64,000 bases of DNA from Azolla caroliniana. Its lineage: Eukaryota; Plantae; Polypodiophyta. Within the stretch, counting starts at the first letter, position 1; every line of letters starts with the position of its first letter. The position numbers and the translations under genes are program-made. This document shows, piece by piece, positions 8,201 through 18,927 of the stretch. The notes under the pieces are model-generated. The model saw nothing but the letters and a program-made list of their open reading frames with translations, was not told the origin of the DNA and made no database searches. The DNA is taken from assembly GCA_043228905.1 (NCBI GenBank), contig JBHGNT010000014.1:9486001-9550000 (forward strand), read 5' to 3'.

Positions 8201-10572
8201 TCCGCCATCCGTAGCCAGAACGGACATGGCTCCCATTCATGTATACCCAAGGCATCACACGTACGGAGGCTTATTACGTTCACTCCGGAACCTCCATCGA
8301 TTACTGTACCGGGAAGTTCGTGCCCTTTGACAATAGCTGTGATCACCGGACTACTAGTGTCCACCACCGTCGGTCCCTCCTCCGGATTCGAGAAAAGGAT
8401 TGGTGCCGGTGGAGCTATACCGTCTGTCATGACCGTTTTTAGTCCTTCTGTGAATCGCGGCACGAGCTGCAAGAGTCTTCCTAGTGGTAACGTGATCTGA
8501 CATTCTTGTAGTGCTTGCCATGTCTCGATTTCTGGGTGGCTACCGCCGGTACTCCCTATGGTCTTCGCCTTTTGCCGTTCTGCGTCCGCGACGTTTCTTT
8601 CATTGGCTTCCTTCACCCATTCCGTCGCCTGTTTTCGTATGGCCTCTTGTGTTTCCCATTCTTTGGCCATGCCTTTCGACCGTGTGGTTACTTGCTGTAA
8701 ATCCGCCACCACCATATTAACTGCTGGTCGTTTCTCGTAGCTCTTTACCGGGCACTGGTTACTGTAGTGGCCTTCCTGCCTGCAGTAGTAGCAGTACTCT
8801 TTACGGGTATTGCTGGATTCAGCATTGCTGGTAGCCGGAGTCGGTCCCGTAGCGAGTGGTGCGTTCTGTGCCGGTTGGCTCCTTGGGGTTCCATGTTCCG
8901 GGTCCCTAGGGTGACCACCTTTCTTGAAATTACGTTTCTTATTATTCTTATGTTTATTTCGGTAGTCCGGTCGTGGTGGATCGTAACATCGGCCGTAGTC
9001 CTCCTGGTGCCTTCGGTAACCAGGGGAATGGTCTCTCTCGTATTGCTCGTGTCGCCTGTTGGGCTCTCGATAACGGTCCGATCGCTCATACCGGTCGTAG
9101 TTATCACGCCGATTCCCGTACCGGCCATCATTCTCTTGCCTGTCTCCGTACCGGACATCTTGTGCCGGTGGGTACCGGTTCCCTCTTTGCCAACGATCGT
9201 CATCTTCGTCTCGGCTGCTTCTTGGCTCGATCCGTCGGACGGGTGGTGCTTGTCGATTTAACAGGTTGTACTCGCACCGGTCCGTTGTATGACTCTTGGA
9301 TTGACAGATCACACACTGAGTGCGCATGGTGCACTCTACTGCCGAGTGTCCGGCATTAAAGCAGATTGTGCATTGAATTGCCTGCCGGAACCGGAGATCT
9401 TCCTCGGTGGGTAACGCCCGTTGCAGTGTTCCCAGCGTAAGCCATGAGCTTGTCTTTTCCATTTCTCTGACCCGGTCAATGACCTGATCGATGGTGCATC
9501 CTCGAAAGTCGATCACCGTACACACCGTGCGTAACGGTTCCCGGAGTGCGTTTAAAAATATCGTCCGTAATTCCTCCTCCGGGGGTGCACGAGCAAGCTG
9601 GCTATGCATCCGTTGGAAACGGATGACGAATTGGGGAATGCTTTCCCCTGCCTCCTGCCGGATCGTATAAAACAGGCCCACCATTGTCGTCTGGTCGACC
9701 TCCTTGTGGAAAAAATGCAAGAATTTTGCTTTTAATTCTGCAAATGTTGTGATGGTCGCCGGGTCCTGCGACCGCCGCCATCGTGTCGCTGGTCCCTCCA
9801 ACGTGACTCCGAATTCCGCTATCTTCGAGCGTTCTTCTTCCTCCGGTGTCATTCGCTGGGACGTGTGATTTGCTTCCCATGTCTGCTCGAAGTCATCCAC
9901 ATGTGCTTCCGCATCCGGATCATCGCGGTACTTTGAGTATTGGAACGGCATGTCGTCGTCCAGTATGAAGCCGCGGTTTAGTGGCGTTTGGTGATATTTT
10001 TCCGGTACTTTCTCCGGTTCCACTTCCGGTTCTTTTGCCGGTCCTTTTTCGGGTTCTTTTTCCGGCTCTTCTTCCGGTACCTTTGCCGGCCCTTTCGTTG
10101 GTGTTGGTGGCTTTGCTTCTTCCACTTCCGGTGTTGGTGGGTTGACGGCTTCCGTTTGCGGTTCCGGGTAGCCCTGGTTGAGCGGTTCCGGTTCTGGAGT
10201 CGGCACGGTATCCGATCCGTCGTCTTCCGGGCCGCCGGGGGTATCGTTGCTGCTCCGGTAGTTCGTGTGCACGCTGTATCCCCCTTCGGAATCTGATTCG
10301 TAGGCTGAAAAGGCTTCTGCCTCGTTTTCTCCGCTTGCCAGCGCCTCCAGGAGTCGTTCGGTTTCCCGGAGACTACTTAGACTGCTTCCGTCGTCCTGGT
10401 TGCGAGTTTGCCGTAACCGGAGAGATTCCTCCGCGACTCTCCGGATCTCGTTGGAGAACGAACGATCCGAGCGAATTTCCTGCGCTGCTTGCTGGAAAGT
10501 CTCACGCCGTCTTTGCCGCTCGGCGATGCGTCGAGCTCGGTCTGTAACCAAGTCGTGCGTTGGTCTAGTCAT
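5245..10572 (-). CDS. gag-pol: Gag-Pol polyprotein of element A (1775 aa) with in-frame deletion of the RT catalytic core
   Basis: Three CCHC knuckles, protease VIDGGSG, RT N-terminus RVCVDYRKLN, RNase H FVDASD, integrase HHCC/GLDFVGP/SDQG/AE, GPY motif; FLDD region absent relative to copy B. Confidence 0.95.
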   Translation of the reverse strand: MTRPTHDLVTDRARRIAERQRRRETFQQAAQEIRSDRSFSNEIRRVAEESLRLRQTRNQDDGSSLSSLRETERLLEALASGENEAEAFSAYESDSEGGYSVHTNYRSSNDTPGGPEDDGSDTVPTPEPEPLNQGYPEPQTEAVNPPTPEVEEAKPPTPTKGPAKVPEEEPEKEPEKGPAKEPEVEPEKVPEKYHQTPLNRGFILDDDMPFQYSKYRDDPDAEAHVDDFEQTWEANHTSQRMTPEEEERSKIAEFGVTLEGPATRWRRSQDPATITTFAELKAKFLHFFHKEVDQTTMVGLFYTIRQEAGESIPQFVIRFQRMHSQLARAPPEEELRTIFLNALREPLRTVCTVIDFRGCTIDQVIDRVREMEKTSSWLTLGTLQRALPTEEDLRFRQAIQCTICFNAGHSAVECTMRTQCVICQSKSHTTDRCEYNLLNRQAPPVRRIEPRSSRDEDDDRWQRGNRYPPAQDVRYGDRQENDGRYGNRRDNYDRYERSDRYREPNRRHEQYERDHSPGYRRHQEDYGRCYDPPRPDYRNKHKNNKKRNFKKGGHPRDPEHGTPRSQPAQNAPLATGPTPATSNAESSNTRKEYCYYCRQEGHYSNQCPVKSYEKRPAVNMVVADLQQVTTRSKGMAKEWETQEAIRKQATEWVKEANERNVADAERQKAKTIGSTGGSHPEIETWQALQECQITLPLGRLLQLVPRFTEGLKTVMTDGIAPPAPILFSNPEEGPTVVDTSSPVITAIVKGHELPGTVIDGGSGVNVISLRTCDALGIHEWEPCPFWLRMADTSSVRPTGLIRKLEVTIGGHTFHISAVVLQLQAQGAYPLLLGRPWLKTAHIKQNWRKNMITFRRGKAKVRVPTQPRTSNGKECTPLYAECVNMLEGLADDEEAQYLEEHPKIVPLFEIDVAEAVAAYLPQRDDTEAEPDKDAIRELRQAQEALEREMAVSQRVKASQLDEVNLGSKDESKPVHIAKEMKPEDKAAMIKLLTEFRDVFAWSYEDMRGLDPQLYQHQIHLGKDAKPVAQRRYRMNPNYAAKVKEEIDKLLRVGFIRPVKKATWLSPIVVVPKKNGKIRVCVDYRKLNAATITDAFPLPFTDGVLDTAVHRTPFQWTDTEDKAYNALKVLLSQAPVVQPPDWSKEFHVFVDASDIAIGSALMQLTEPKWYRPVYYASRKLSQAEKNYSTTEREALGMIYSVTKFRHYLLGRKFSFHVDHSALLYLVSKASLTGKLARWTLLLQEFEFEIFHRPGIQHAVADYLSRLESGEPGNGVADEFPDAELFRITPETAADDTVASEDKWLTNMHQFLSTGLPPEEMNRDERKRLAVQSRNFCLLRDTLYHKGADGIWRRAVRSDKKEVILREAHCGVAGGHYAGEATARKVWQSGLWWPTTLKDAVKYAKECDLCQRMGQPTEQARMPHQPVLPLEPFQKWGLDFVGPFKPPAMRTGNRYVIVATDYCTKWVEAKALRDNTASSTAKFLYENIWCRYGCPIELISDQGGHFLGQVVESLTTFYAVVHKRSTPYYPQANGLAESTNKTLQNILRKIVNENWTDWDTKLNSALWAYRTAYKTSIRTTPFRLAFGLEAVMPVEFQVPSLRIQLRERLNEKKSEEMRLAALCELEEQRLASILHMELEQRRRKAFVDRHRKGNEKMFEIGKPVLVFQTRMGKMPGKLRFRWTGPYWLTREYNGSYQIGTLAGEVVGKWVNGFRLKPYNGPMPKNPFMQLTGTTPGTCPGSVRIDPEEKDDGEPVVNTKEDTATRKENGQGPKGLTDV

Positions 10573-10605
10573 CCATTACCGTCGTTCGCTGCGAGTAAGC
10601 AGGAA

Positions 10606-10617
10606 TCGTGGTCGCCA
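10606..10617 (-). promoter_or_regulatory. Primer binding site, tRNA-Arg(UCG)-like (element A)
   Basis: Minus strand TGGCGACCACGA, 6 nt after the 5' LTR and just before the gag ATG. Confidence 0.7.
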
Positions 10618-10623
10618 AAACTG

Positions 10624-11042
10624 TGTTATTCTCTTAGCCGGACAAGGCCTAACACAAGGTGTCACGGAGACACTTCACCAAAGGTGATTACGGCATAGGA
10701 TTAAGATTCAACGATTACACCGACTTACGTAGGTTACACGATTAGATTGCTTTGGTTAATTACACGCGTAAGATATAACAGTGATTACAGAACGGAAATC
10801 AAGACAGAAGTATAAACATCAGAATCTCTATTAATTATCCGCTGTCATTACAATAGGGTCCGGGCCTTTAAATAGGTTTCCGGCCCGTAGTACAAAACGG
10901 TGCCTCTCGCACCTATTCGGGATCCGTCCGGATCTGGAACGGCATACCGTTTCCAGTCCGTCCGTCCACACTATGCTCATTTACAACCATATCTAATTAA
11001 TTCCTTCACTCCGTATTTTGGACTCCTTGCCGGCCGGTAACA
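10624..11042 (-). repeat. 5' LTR of element A
   Basis: Identical to 1756-2174; followed by TSD GCGGG. Confidence 0.97.
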
Positions 11043-14000
11043 GCGGGATTGCAAGGCGGAGATGCTACGATGCGGAATATCGGAAGGATTGCAAATGACA
11101 TCCTTCAATCAGGTGGCTATGGACGAGCTTCAAGGGAGTATCCACGGGATATGACAACAAAATCCGACCTGGGAGGCGTTTGAAGAAGCGTTGAAGACCA
11201 CGTTCGCTATCGAGGACCCTTCCACGACAATGCGTAGGGGATTCGAAGATTGGGTAGAGATGTCAGACAAGGGTCTGAAGGTCCTCGATGTGTTTTCGAC
11301 ATTCGAAAGTCTATTCGGGAGGTTGTCCACGAGAGATCAAGCTATCCTCGCACTAGACAAAGTGATCATGTTCTTACGAGTCGTGGATGTTCGGGGGCCT
11401 TGGAGTGCTTCTAGAAGACACGACTACTGAGTGTGGCCTCACTAATACATGGGAAAACGTGTGGGACATCGTCGTGTGATACACAAAAAGGGGGCAATGG
11501 CTTGGTAATGAAGAAAAGAGGGTTTCAGAACCGATTCCGAAACCAAGATCCTGATTGGAAAACCATCAATCATGGGCTCAGGAGACTACGACTGAGAAGG
11601 GAATCGATACAACCATGGTGGAGCAGTTGCTGAAGGAGATGGAGAATCTGAATATCGCAGTGGTGAAGAAGTCAGAAGATTGTCCCACAAGTTCCAAGTA
11701 TATGGACTGTTGGTGCATATGGTGCGATAGCACTGAACATGATCAGAAGGATTGCGATGAGCACAAAGAGGCACTACGACGGGATATTATATACTAAAAG
11801 GGAAATCATATTCATTCAATGGACTCTCGGAAGCCACTCCGGTCGAACTTCTGAAAAGCGGCATGAAGAAGGTCCTAGAGGAGGAGATAGCGGGGAAAAG
11901 AAATTATGTGACAACTGCGGGAATATGTGTGGGGGAGTCATCTGGAGCAAAGGTAACTTTTTGGCCGGAAGTACTAGAAATCTCGGGCAAAGCCGACATT
12001 GATGAAATCAAGAGCACTGCGGAAGGCATCTGGGAAGCTACAAGATGGGAGTGCCCCGCAAATAAGAATAGCAGACATGTGTTATGTCAATTGCATGAGG
12101 TGTATGTAGATGAGAAATGACGGCACACGGATGATGCGGTCGGGCCATCAAAGACACCAGAGAGCTGGAACTCCAAAGGGAAGGGGAAAGGAAAAACAAT
12201 TCCAACATTCAAACTCTCTTCGGACATTGAACAATGGACAGACCTAAAGAAGGTGTTCAAAGAGAGAATCATTGATAGTCAGGTTGAATTTTCTCTCTGG
12301 GAATTACTCAGAATAGCGAAGAAGGAGTTCCACGATCTTCTTGTGGATCTCATAAAGACACAAACTATGAAGGAAAATGCTCCAAGGGTGAATGTGAATA
12401 CCATTCTAATGAACGACACTCAAGTGGACAATGCCCATACTAGCATTGATTGATCACGGGTCTGAGATCAATTTGATTTCCAAGGAGTTCTACCAGAAGG
12501 GGAAGTGACCTATAAACACCAATCATGGATGGAAGATTTGAGCAGCCACAAAAGTCACGGAATATCTATTTGCGGCTTGTTCGGATGTGCGAGTCAAGAT
12601 CGGAGGTGTGGAGATTGACCAAAATTTCTTCTTCAAGATGAGGTCTCACATTTCGTGATCCTCGGGCAACCCTTTATCACAGCTCTAGGGATGGAGATAA
12701 AGGTGCTCGATAGTGGAGCGGCTTGAATTCAGAGCCAAAGTGGGGGGGAAAATGTCCAATTCCTAATTGTGCCATTGAATCAAGAAAGGATCAAGAGAGA
12801 GCTCTTGTCCCAAAAAATAATGGATTTTTAAAGCAGACTGTTGCGGAGTGGGTAAGTGATAGTCCGAGAAGCCCTGATACCCCACACAGGAAGAAAGTTC
12901 TCAAAGCAAAACAAGTACGAATCAGTCTGGATGGGGCATCTACATACACGGTCGTAACCAGATTAATGAAGCAAGAATTCCGAAAGGTGCAAGATTAGTT
13001 ACGGTCTGCATCAATCATAAAAGAAGATGAAGAAATCATGGGAGTAGTTGAAGAAGTGTTCTATGGGATCACGCTACAATGGCTTGAAGAGCTTGCACAA
13101 GAGAATAGCCAGGGAGACTGGGTAGTCCCGGTGGAATCGGTCAAGATGCACGAGATCATTGTGAAAATGGGGCCAGATGCGCTCCACAAAGAAGAAGCAA
13201 TGGTATGTGCAAAATATAAGACCATGGAAAAGAAGTTGAAACCATCTGCGGGACCGCTACCCGCTAATAGCGAACAAAAGAGGAAAGAAGTCTCGCGACA
13301 TCCGACACTTCGGAAGTCCGTGGATATCAGACATGCCTTTACGAATGAGACCCGGAAGAAACTTTGGATTGGTGGAGGTGGGTTCCTCTTATAGAACGAT
13401 TTCGTGAGATGTTGGAGCAACAAGGAAAAGCATTCGCATTCACATCAAGAGAGATAGGATGTGTTGATCCGAAGATAGTAGAATTGATGGTGATCTTCTC
13501 GATTGATCATGTGTCGTGGAACCTGAAGCCGATTCCGGTTCCACGGGCAGATATTCCGAAAATCATTGACTTGCTTAAGGAGAAGGTGGCAATGAGGATT
13601 CTAGAGCCATCAAACGCTCCCTACTCAAATCGATGGTTTATGGTTCCTAAGAAGAATCGGTCACTCGAGTCATTCAAGATTTGCAACTGGTGAACAAGGT
13701 CACGATCCGGAACTCCGGAGTCGATCCGATAGTGGACGAATTTACAGAAGCGTTTGTCGGACGCACGATATACTCCATCGGAGACCTATACTCTAGGTAT
13801 GACCAATTCCAACTAGCCGTGGAGAGCTGAGATATCACTACAATGTGAACACTGATAGGATTAGTTCGGATGTGCACGCCACCACAAGAAGCGACAAACA
13901 CACATATGATGAATGCAATGATCAAGGTGCCATTCCTAGACGACACTCCGATGAAAGGATGTGCGGTGGAAGAAAAAGATGAGTCTATGGATGATCGAGG

Positions 14001-15792
14001 ATGCCGAAAGTTCGTAGTTGACCATATTCGCGGCTGCGAGAAATTGCTACGGAAGTTAGAAGATGTGCACCTAACACTCACCGGAGAGAAATCGGCATTC
14101 GGACAAGCAGAGATATTGGTAATTGGACATCTATTTGGGCCCTACGGCTGACGACTGCCACCAGTCAAGATCGATGCAATTCAAGCTATCAAAGAAATAT
14201 GCGAGTCACAATCCGAAGTCCGTAGATTTCTTGGTTCATGTGCATTTGATCACATATGGATTCCGCACTATGCACAGATTGCAGACCCACTCTAACACTT
14301 GTTGCGAAAGGGTAAGAAGTTCGAATGGAGGCCGAAACATACCAACGCCATGAAGAAGCTCAAGAAAACACTACGGATGGCAGAAGCACTTAAGAAGCCA
14401 AACTATGACCGACCGATTATAGTGGCGGTTGATACAAGCCCAACCGGGATTGGATGTGTCATCAACCCAGTTAACAAGGATGGTTCGTGATATCCGATCC
14501 GATTCTGAGCAAAAGTTCTCAATGAAAGGGAACGCGAATATGCACAATTTAAAAGAGAATTATGGGGAGTCGTGTTGGCGATAAAATCAGATCGAGATTA
14601 CTTGATCGGAGCCAAAGTAGTGATCGAAATGGATTGTCTTCTAATACTCGGGATAATGCAGTGTTGCACGATACCGGATATGGCCAGTCCCTTAATCCGG
14701 AGGTACAACACATCTCCGGAAAAGACAACGCGGTAGCGGATATGCTGTCAAGGGCACAGTTTGGAGATGACATAGCCGAATCTGATAATGAAGAAGTTTC
14801 CGAAAACTACTGTACTTCATACCCCATATGCCGGGTGAACGTAATCCGAGAATTTCCAGAAGCCGAATACAAGGGAGAAAGCCTGATGATCGGGAAGGTG
14901 CTACAAGAAATCGAGGAATCATCAGACAATATGGAAAAGAGAACCGAGATCCGAAGTAAGAAGCGGCAAGTCCGAATGTTCTTCTTGGCTGAAAGAGCTG
15001 ATGGCATACCACTACGAGTAGTTGGAACAAAAGAGCAATGAAATCGAATAATATCCGAATTTCATGAATCCAATTGGGCTGGGAACATGGGAAACCTTTG
15101 CGAAGATCAAGCAAAAGTATTGGTGGAAGAATATGTGCAACGATGTAGCTAAATTCACAGGAAGCTGCGAGAAATGCCAAATCTACTACGGACTTCGACA
15201 ACGAGATGAAACCGGGATCAGATAGAAGAAGTACTTGGTATTAACTCAGAAAGATCTGACGAACGAAGTAGAAGGTCGGGCGCTACGGAAGAAAACATGT
15301 TCTGCAGTCTGTCAATTTCTTTCGGAAGAAGTGTTCTGTAGGTACGGGTGCGTAGGACAAGTGATTGCGGATCGGGGAGAACTTGACTCTGATAAGTTGA
15401 CACTAACCACAACCTACAATCCAGAAGCCAATGGGAAGATCGAATGAGGACATATTCCAATAGTTAAAACACTTGCAAAAGCATGTGACAAAAGGGTGAA
15501 GAATTGGCCATAGATCCTTCCGTATGCACTATGGGCAGATTGCACAACACATAGTTTTGTGACCGGTTATATGCCAACAGTATTTATGATCGGCCAAGCA
15601 CTGGTAATGCCGGCGGAAACCGCAATTGCGACATGGACAGTGCTTCCATGGAAGGAAGAGATGAGCCAGGAAGAAAGTTACTAGAGGTTCGGATACGACA
15701 ATTAGAGAGAAGACCGGAAGACAGAATGGAAGAAATACAACAACAAGAAGTGTGGTTCCAGAACAAAAGTCGATTCGACACAAAGCACCATC
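11043..15792 (+). pseudogene. gag-pol: Degenerate gag-PR-RT-RH-IN of element D2
   Basis: Fragments: CIWCDSTEH knuckle, WNLKPIPVPR, FLDDTPMKG (RT), VDTSPTGIG (RH), YNPEANGKIE (IN); many stops and frameshifts. Confidence 0.85.
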
Positions 15793-16211
15793 TGTTATTC
15801 TCTGACCGGACAAGGCCTAACACAAGGTGTCACGGAGACACTTCACCAAAGGGTGATTACGGCATAGGATTATGACTCAACGATTACACCGACTTAAGTA
15901 AGTTACACGATTAGAGCGCTTTTGTTAATTACACGCGTAAGATATAACAGTAATTACAGAACGGAAATCAACACAGAAGTATAAACACCATACGCTCTAT
16001 TAATTATCCGCTGCGATTACAATGGGGTCCGGGCCTTTAAATAGGTTTCCGGCCCGTAGTACAAAACGGTGCCTATCGCACCTATTCGGGATCCGTCCGG
16101 ATCTGGAACGGCATACCGTTTCCAGTCCGTCCGTCCATACTATGCTTATTTACAACCATACTTAATTAATTCCTTCACTCCGTATTTTGGACTCCTTGCC
16201 GGCCGGTAACA
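15793..16211 (-). repeat. 3' LTR of element B
   Basis: TGTTA...TAACA, near-identical to 32088-32506. Confidence 0.97.
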
Positions 16212-16213
16212 CA

Positions 16214-16251
16214 TGGCACGCCCGTGGGACAGTACCTTGTACGTCGAACCC
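16214..16251 (+). promoter_or_regulatory. Second, antisense tRNA-Arg-complementary site (element B)
   Basis: Identical to 2177-2214. Confidence 0.75.
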
Positions 16252-16263
16252 TTCTCGGCCCCT

Positions 16264-18927
16264 TCATTGTTCACCCAAATTGTCCAAAATACTTTGTTCC
16301 AGAGTTTCCAATTGTTCTTCCGGTTGTGGTTGTTGCGGCTGTGCTTGCTGCTGCTGCTGTGGTTGCGGTTGGGACTGAGACTGCTCCGGCTGCTCTATAG
16401 GCGGCTGCTCCGTTTGTTTCTCTGACTCCGGCATCCCCGTTTGACTGCTTCCGGTCCGGTCTCCGTCAAGTAACGGTTCCTCATCACTGAGGTTGACCGT
16501 AACCGGTTCTCGTTCTTTCTCTTCCCGGATCCGGGACCTCTCGTAGCTTTCAAACTGGATCTGCGCCTCCAGCCTGTCGTCGTCCAGCTGAGCTACAAGT
16601 TGCCGGACTTGCCCTAGTTGGTCCTCTGCCAAGGCTTGAAAGTCTTCGGCCAGCTCATCTCTTATGCCGGTGAAGTCTTCGGAAGTCAGCATATAACAAT
16701 CATCTCCCTCCTTCCGCCGGTTCTCTACGTCGGCCCGGAGCAATTGGAGTTCCGCCGCGTTCGTGGCCCACTTGGTCCACCATTTGACGGAACCGTTGTC
16801 AATCAAGCTCTTGGTCTGGTTCAACCAGGCCCGCATGATATCCTGGACGCGACTTGCTCCCATTTGCGCTCTACTTTCCACAACTTGTCGTTCCTCCTTC
16901 AACTGCTTGATGAGATTAGCCGTATCCTCCGCCTGCTCTCTGTAGCGCGTCAGCTGCCCTTGATATGTTGTTTGCAGCCTCTGCAGTACCTCCGCCGCTC
17001 TTTCTTTTTCCGCCTGCTGTTGCCTGAGGAGCTCCGTCCGAACCTTCTCCGCCTCTTCCAACCGTCTTCTGGTTTCCGCTTGTTCATTAGCGTATGCCGT
17101 TGCGGTCCGATCAACTGCTTGCCGGAGCTCATCCGTCCGTTCCTTGTGCTCCGTTTGCAACTGTTTATACTCCCGGTGCAAGTGCTCAAATTCCTCCATT
17201 TTTTGTTTGAGCTTGCCGTTGATCTGGCGATGGTTCCGGTCCTCCTGGTCCTTTAGCTGCCGGAGTTCCTCTTTCAGGCGCTCTACTTCTGTTTCGGCGT
17301 TTCTCCGGAGCCTGTCCTTCTCTTGCAGCATTTTCTCCCTCTCCTCCTTGAGCCGGTCGTACGCTTGGTGGCCTTTTCGTAAGCTCTCCTCGGCCCGGCG
17401 TAGATTCTCAACAGTCTTTTTAAGTTCTGCCTCCACTGCCGTCTTCAACTCTCTTTCGTGGCTCCTCAACGCTTCTTGGGCAGCTAGCTCATCCTTTAAG
17501 TCCGCAAGCTCTTGGGCTTGTGCCGCATTTCTCTCCGGAACGGTTTCCGTTGCCGGGGTCTGATTGCTATGTACAGGTTGATCTGACGCTTTATTCTGTA
17601 CATTGCCCGGAGTCACCGGTGCTTGGACTTGTGTTGTCAAAGCCAATTGAGCCATTTCCCTTGTGACCCTGTCCAAGTCTTGTTCAAGGCTCCGGATTCT
17701 AGACCGGGCCGTCTCTAGATCTACGGTTGTGACGAGCAACCATTCGTGGTGCGCTCTCTCCTCCGCCTCTATGTACTCGACTGCTCCGGCGATCTGCTCG
17801 CCTACCCACCGTAGCCACATGCTACTGGTGCCTTGCTGCTGTACTGGTCAGGTCGGCTCGTTCACTGTGGAATTGTCTGGCCTGAGTGCCTGTACCTGCC
17901 GTTCTGGTTCTACTCCTTGGCCGCTGTGTGTGCTGGCTGGGCTCGCCGTCTGTTGAGTTCCGGTTCTCGCCATCTCCGGAGCCGTTGGAATGATTTCTTG
18001 TATAGAAGGCGACAAGGCCGGTTCTATACGCACCGGTTCCGGTTCCTCCCTTGCGGTTTGCTCAGGTTGAGTTGGGGGCGTTTCTTCCTTTTGCGGGTCC
18101 GAACGCTCCCCCGCTGTCCCGGCGGTCCTACTTCTTGACCGTCGTTGGAGGTGCTCTACTGGCTCCTCCGTTTCCTCTTCCTGGGTAACGGCATGTGCCG
18201 TCAAGGGTTCCGGTTCCTTCTGTCCCGGTCGCCGTATGGTTATCTTAACGGGTAGGACCGGTGACACCTCCTCCGGTTCTGGGAGCCGTTTCTTCCCTTT
18301 CGTCGCCTTCGACGCTAGCAGCTGCTGTCGTTTGGATGCGGGCTTCGAGGTGCTTCCTTCCGATAATCTTGGCCGCTTCTTTGGCTGAACGGTCTCGACC
18401 GGCAGCACAAGAAATGTTATCCACTGAGCTACGGCATGCCACAGCTTCCGGCCCTCCTTGCCGTCCTTTCCTCGTACCATGTCGATTGCCGCGCACAAAC
18501 CGTCTGCAATCAACACCGGCCAATCCACCTTGATCCCTTCATAGGTGGCTATGATCATCCTTGCCCGATTTTTTGGCATGATAGGGGGTCGGGGGTACAC
18601 GTGGCCGTACTCATGGAGCACTCGAGCTATCTCCCTGAATAGCGGATCTTCGCCGCCCTGCGTTCGATAGCCTTTGCCGGCTAGAGATTACTCACCGAAA
18701 TATCGGATGAGTTGCTCCGAGGTTGGGTTATCGATCTGAAAAATACCTCCCTCCGGAAGGCCTGTTAGCGCACGGATCGCTTCCTCGGTGATGACTTCTG
18801 TGTCGAGCTCCTTGATGACCCAGTCGGCTTCTTTGTGCGGTGGTGCCTCCATGATGGTCAGGAACCCATCCAGTCCGTGTTGCCTGAGCCATTTCCTGGC
18901 CGCTTCCGACAGCGTTTGTGGGTCCAT
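16264..18927 (-). pseudogene. Extra 3' ORF of element B with two in-frame nonsense mutations
   Basis: ORF pieces 18688-19227, 17848-18621 and 16264-17820 share one frame and align to the 892-aa ORF of A; stops at 18688 and 17848. Confidence 0.9.

Larger units (their letters stand above)
1756..11042 (-). mobile_element. Element A: young non-chromovirus Ty3/Gypsy LTR retrotransposon with extra 3' ORF; RT core deleted
   Basis: Two 419-bp LTRs identical by eye (TGTTA...TAACA); 5-bp TSD GCGGG at 1751-1755 and 11043-11047; gag-PR-RT-RH-IN order; no chromodomain and no second RNase H. Confidence 0.97.

Noticed and set aside
2150-10698. Numerous plus-strand ORFs over element A (and equivalents over B, e.g. 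2611-3375, 29995-30759)
   Set aside because: Antisense shadows of GC-rich coding sequence; lengths differ between copies and there are no recognisable motifs.
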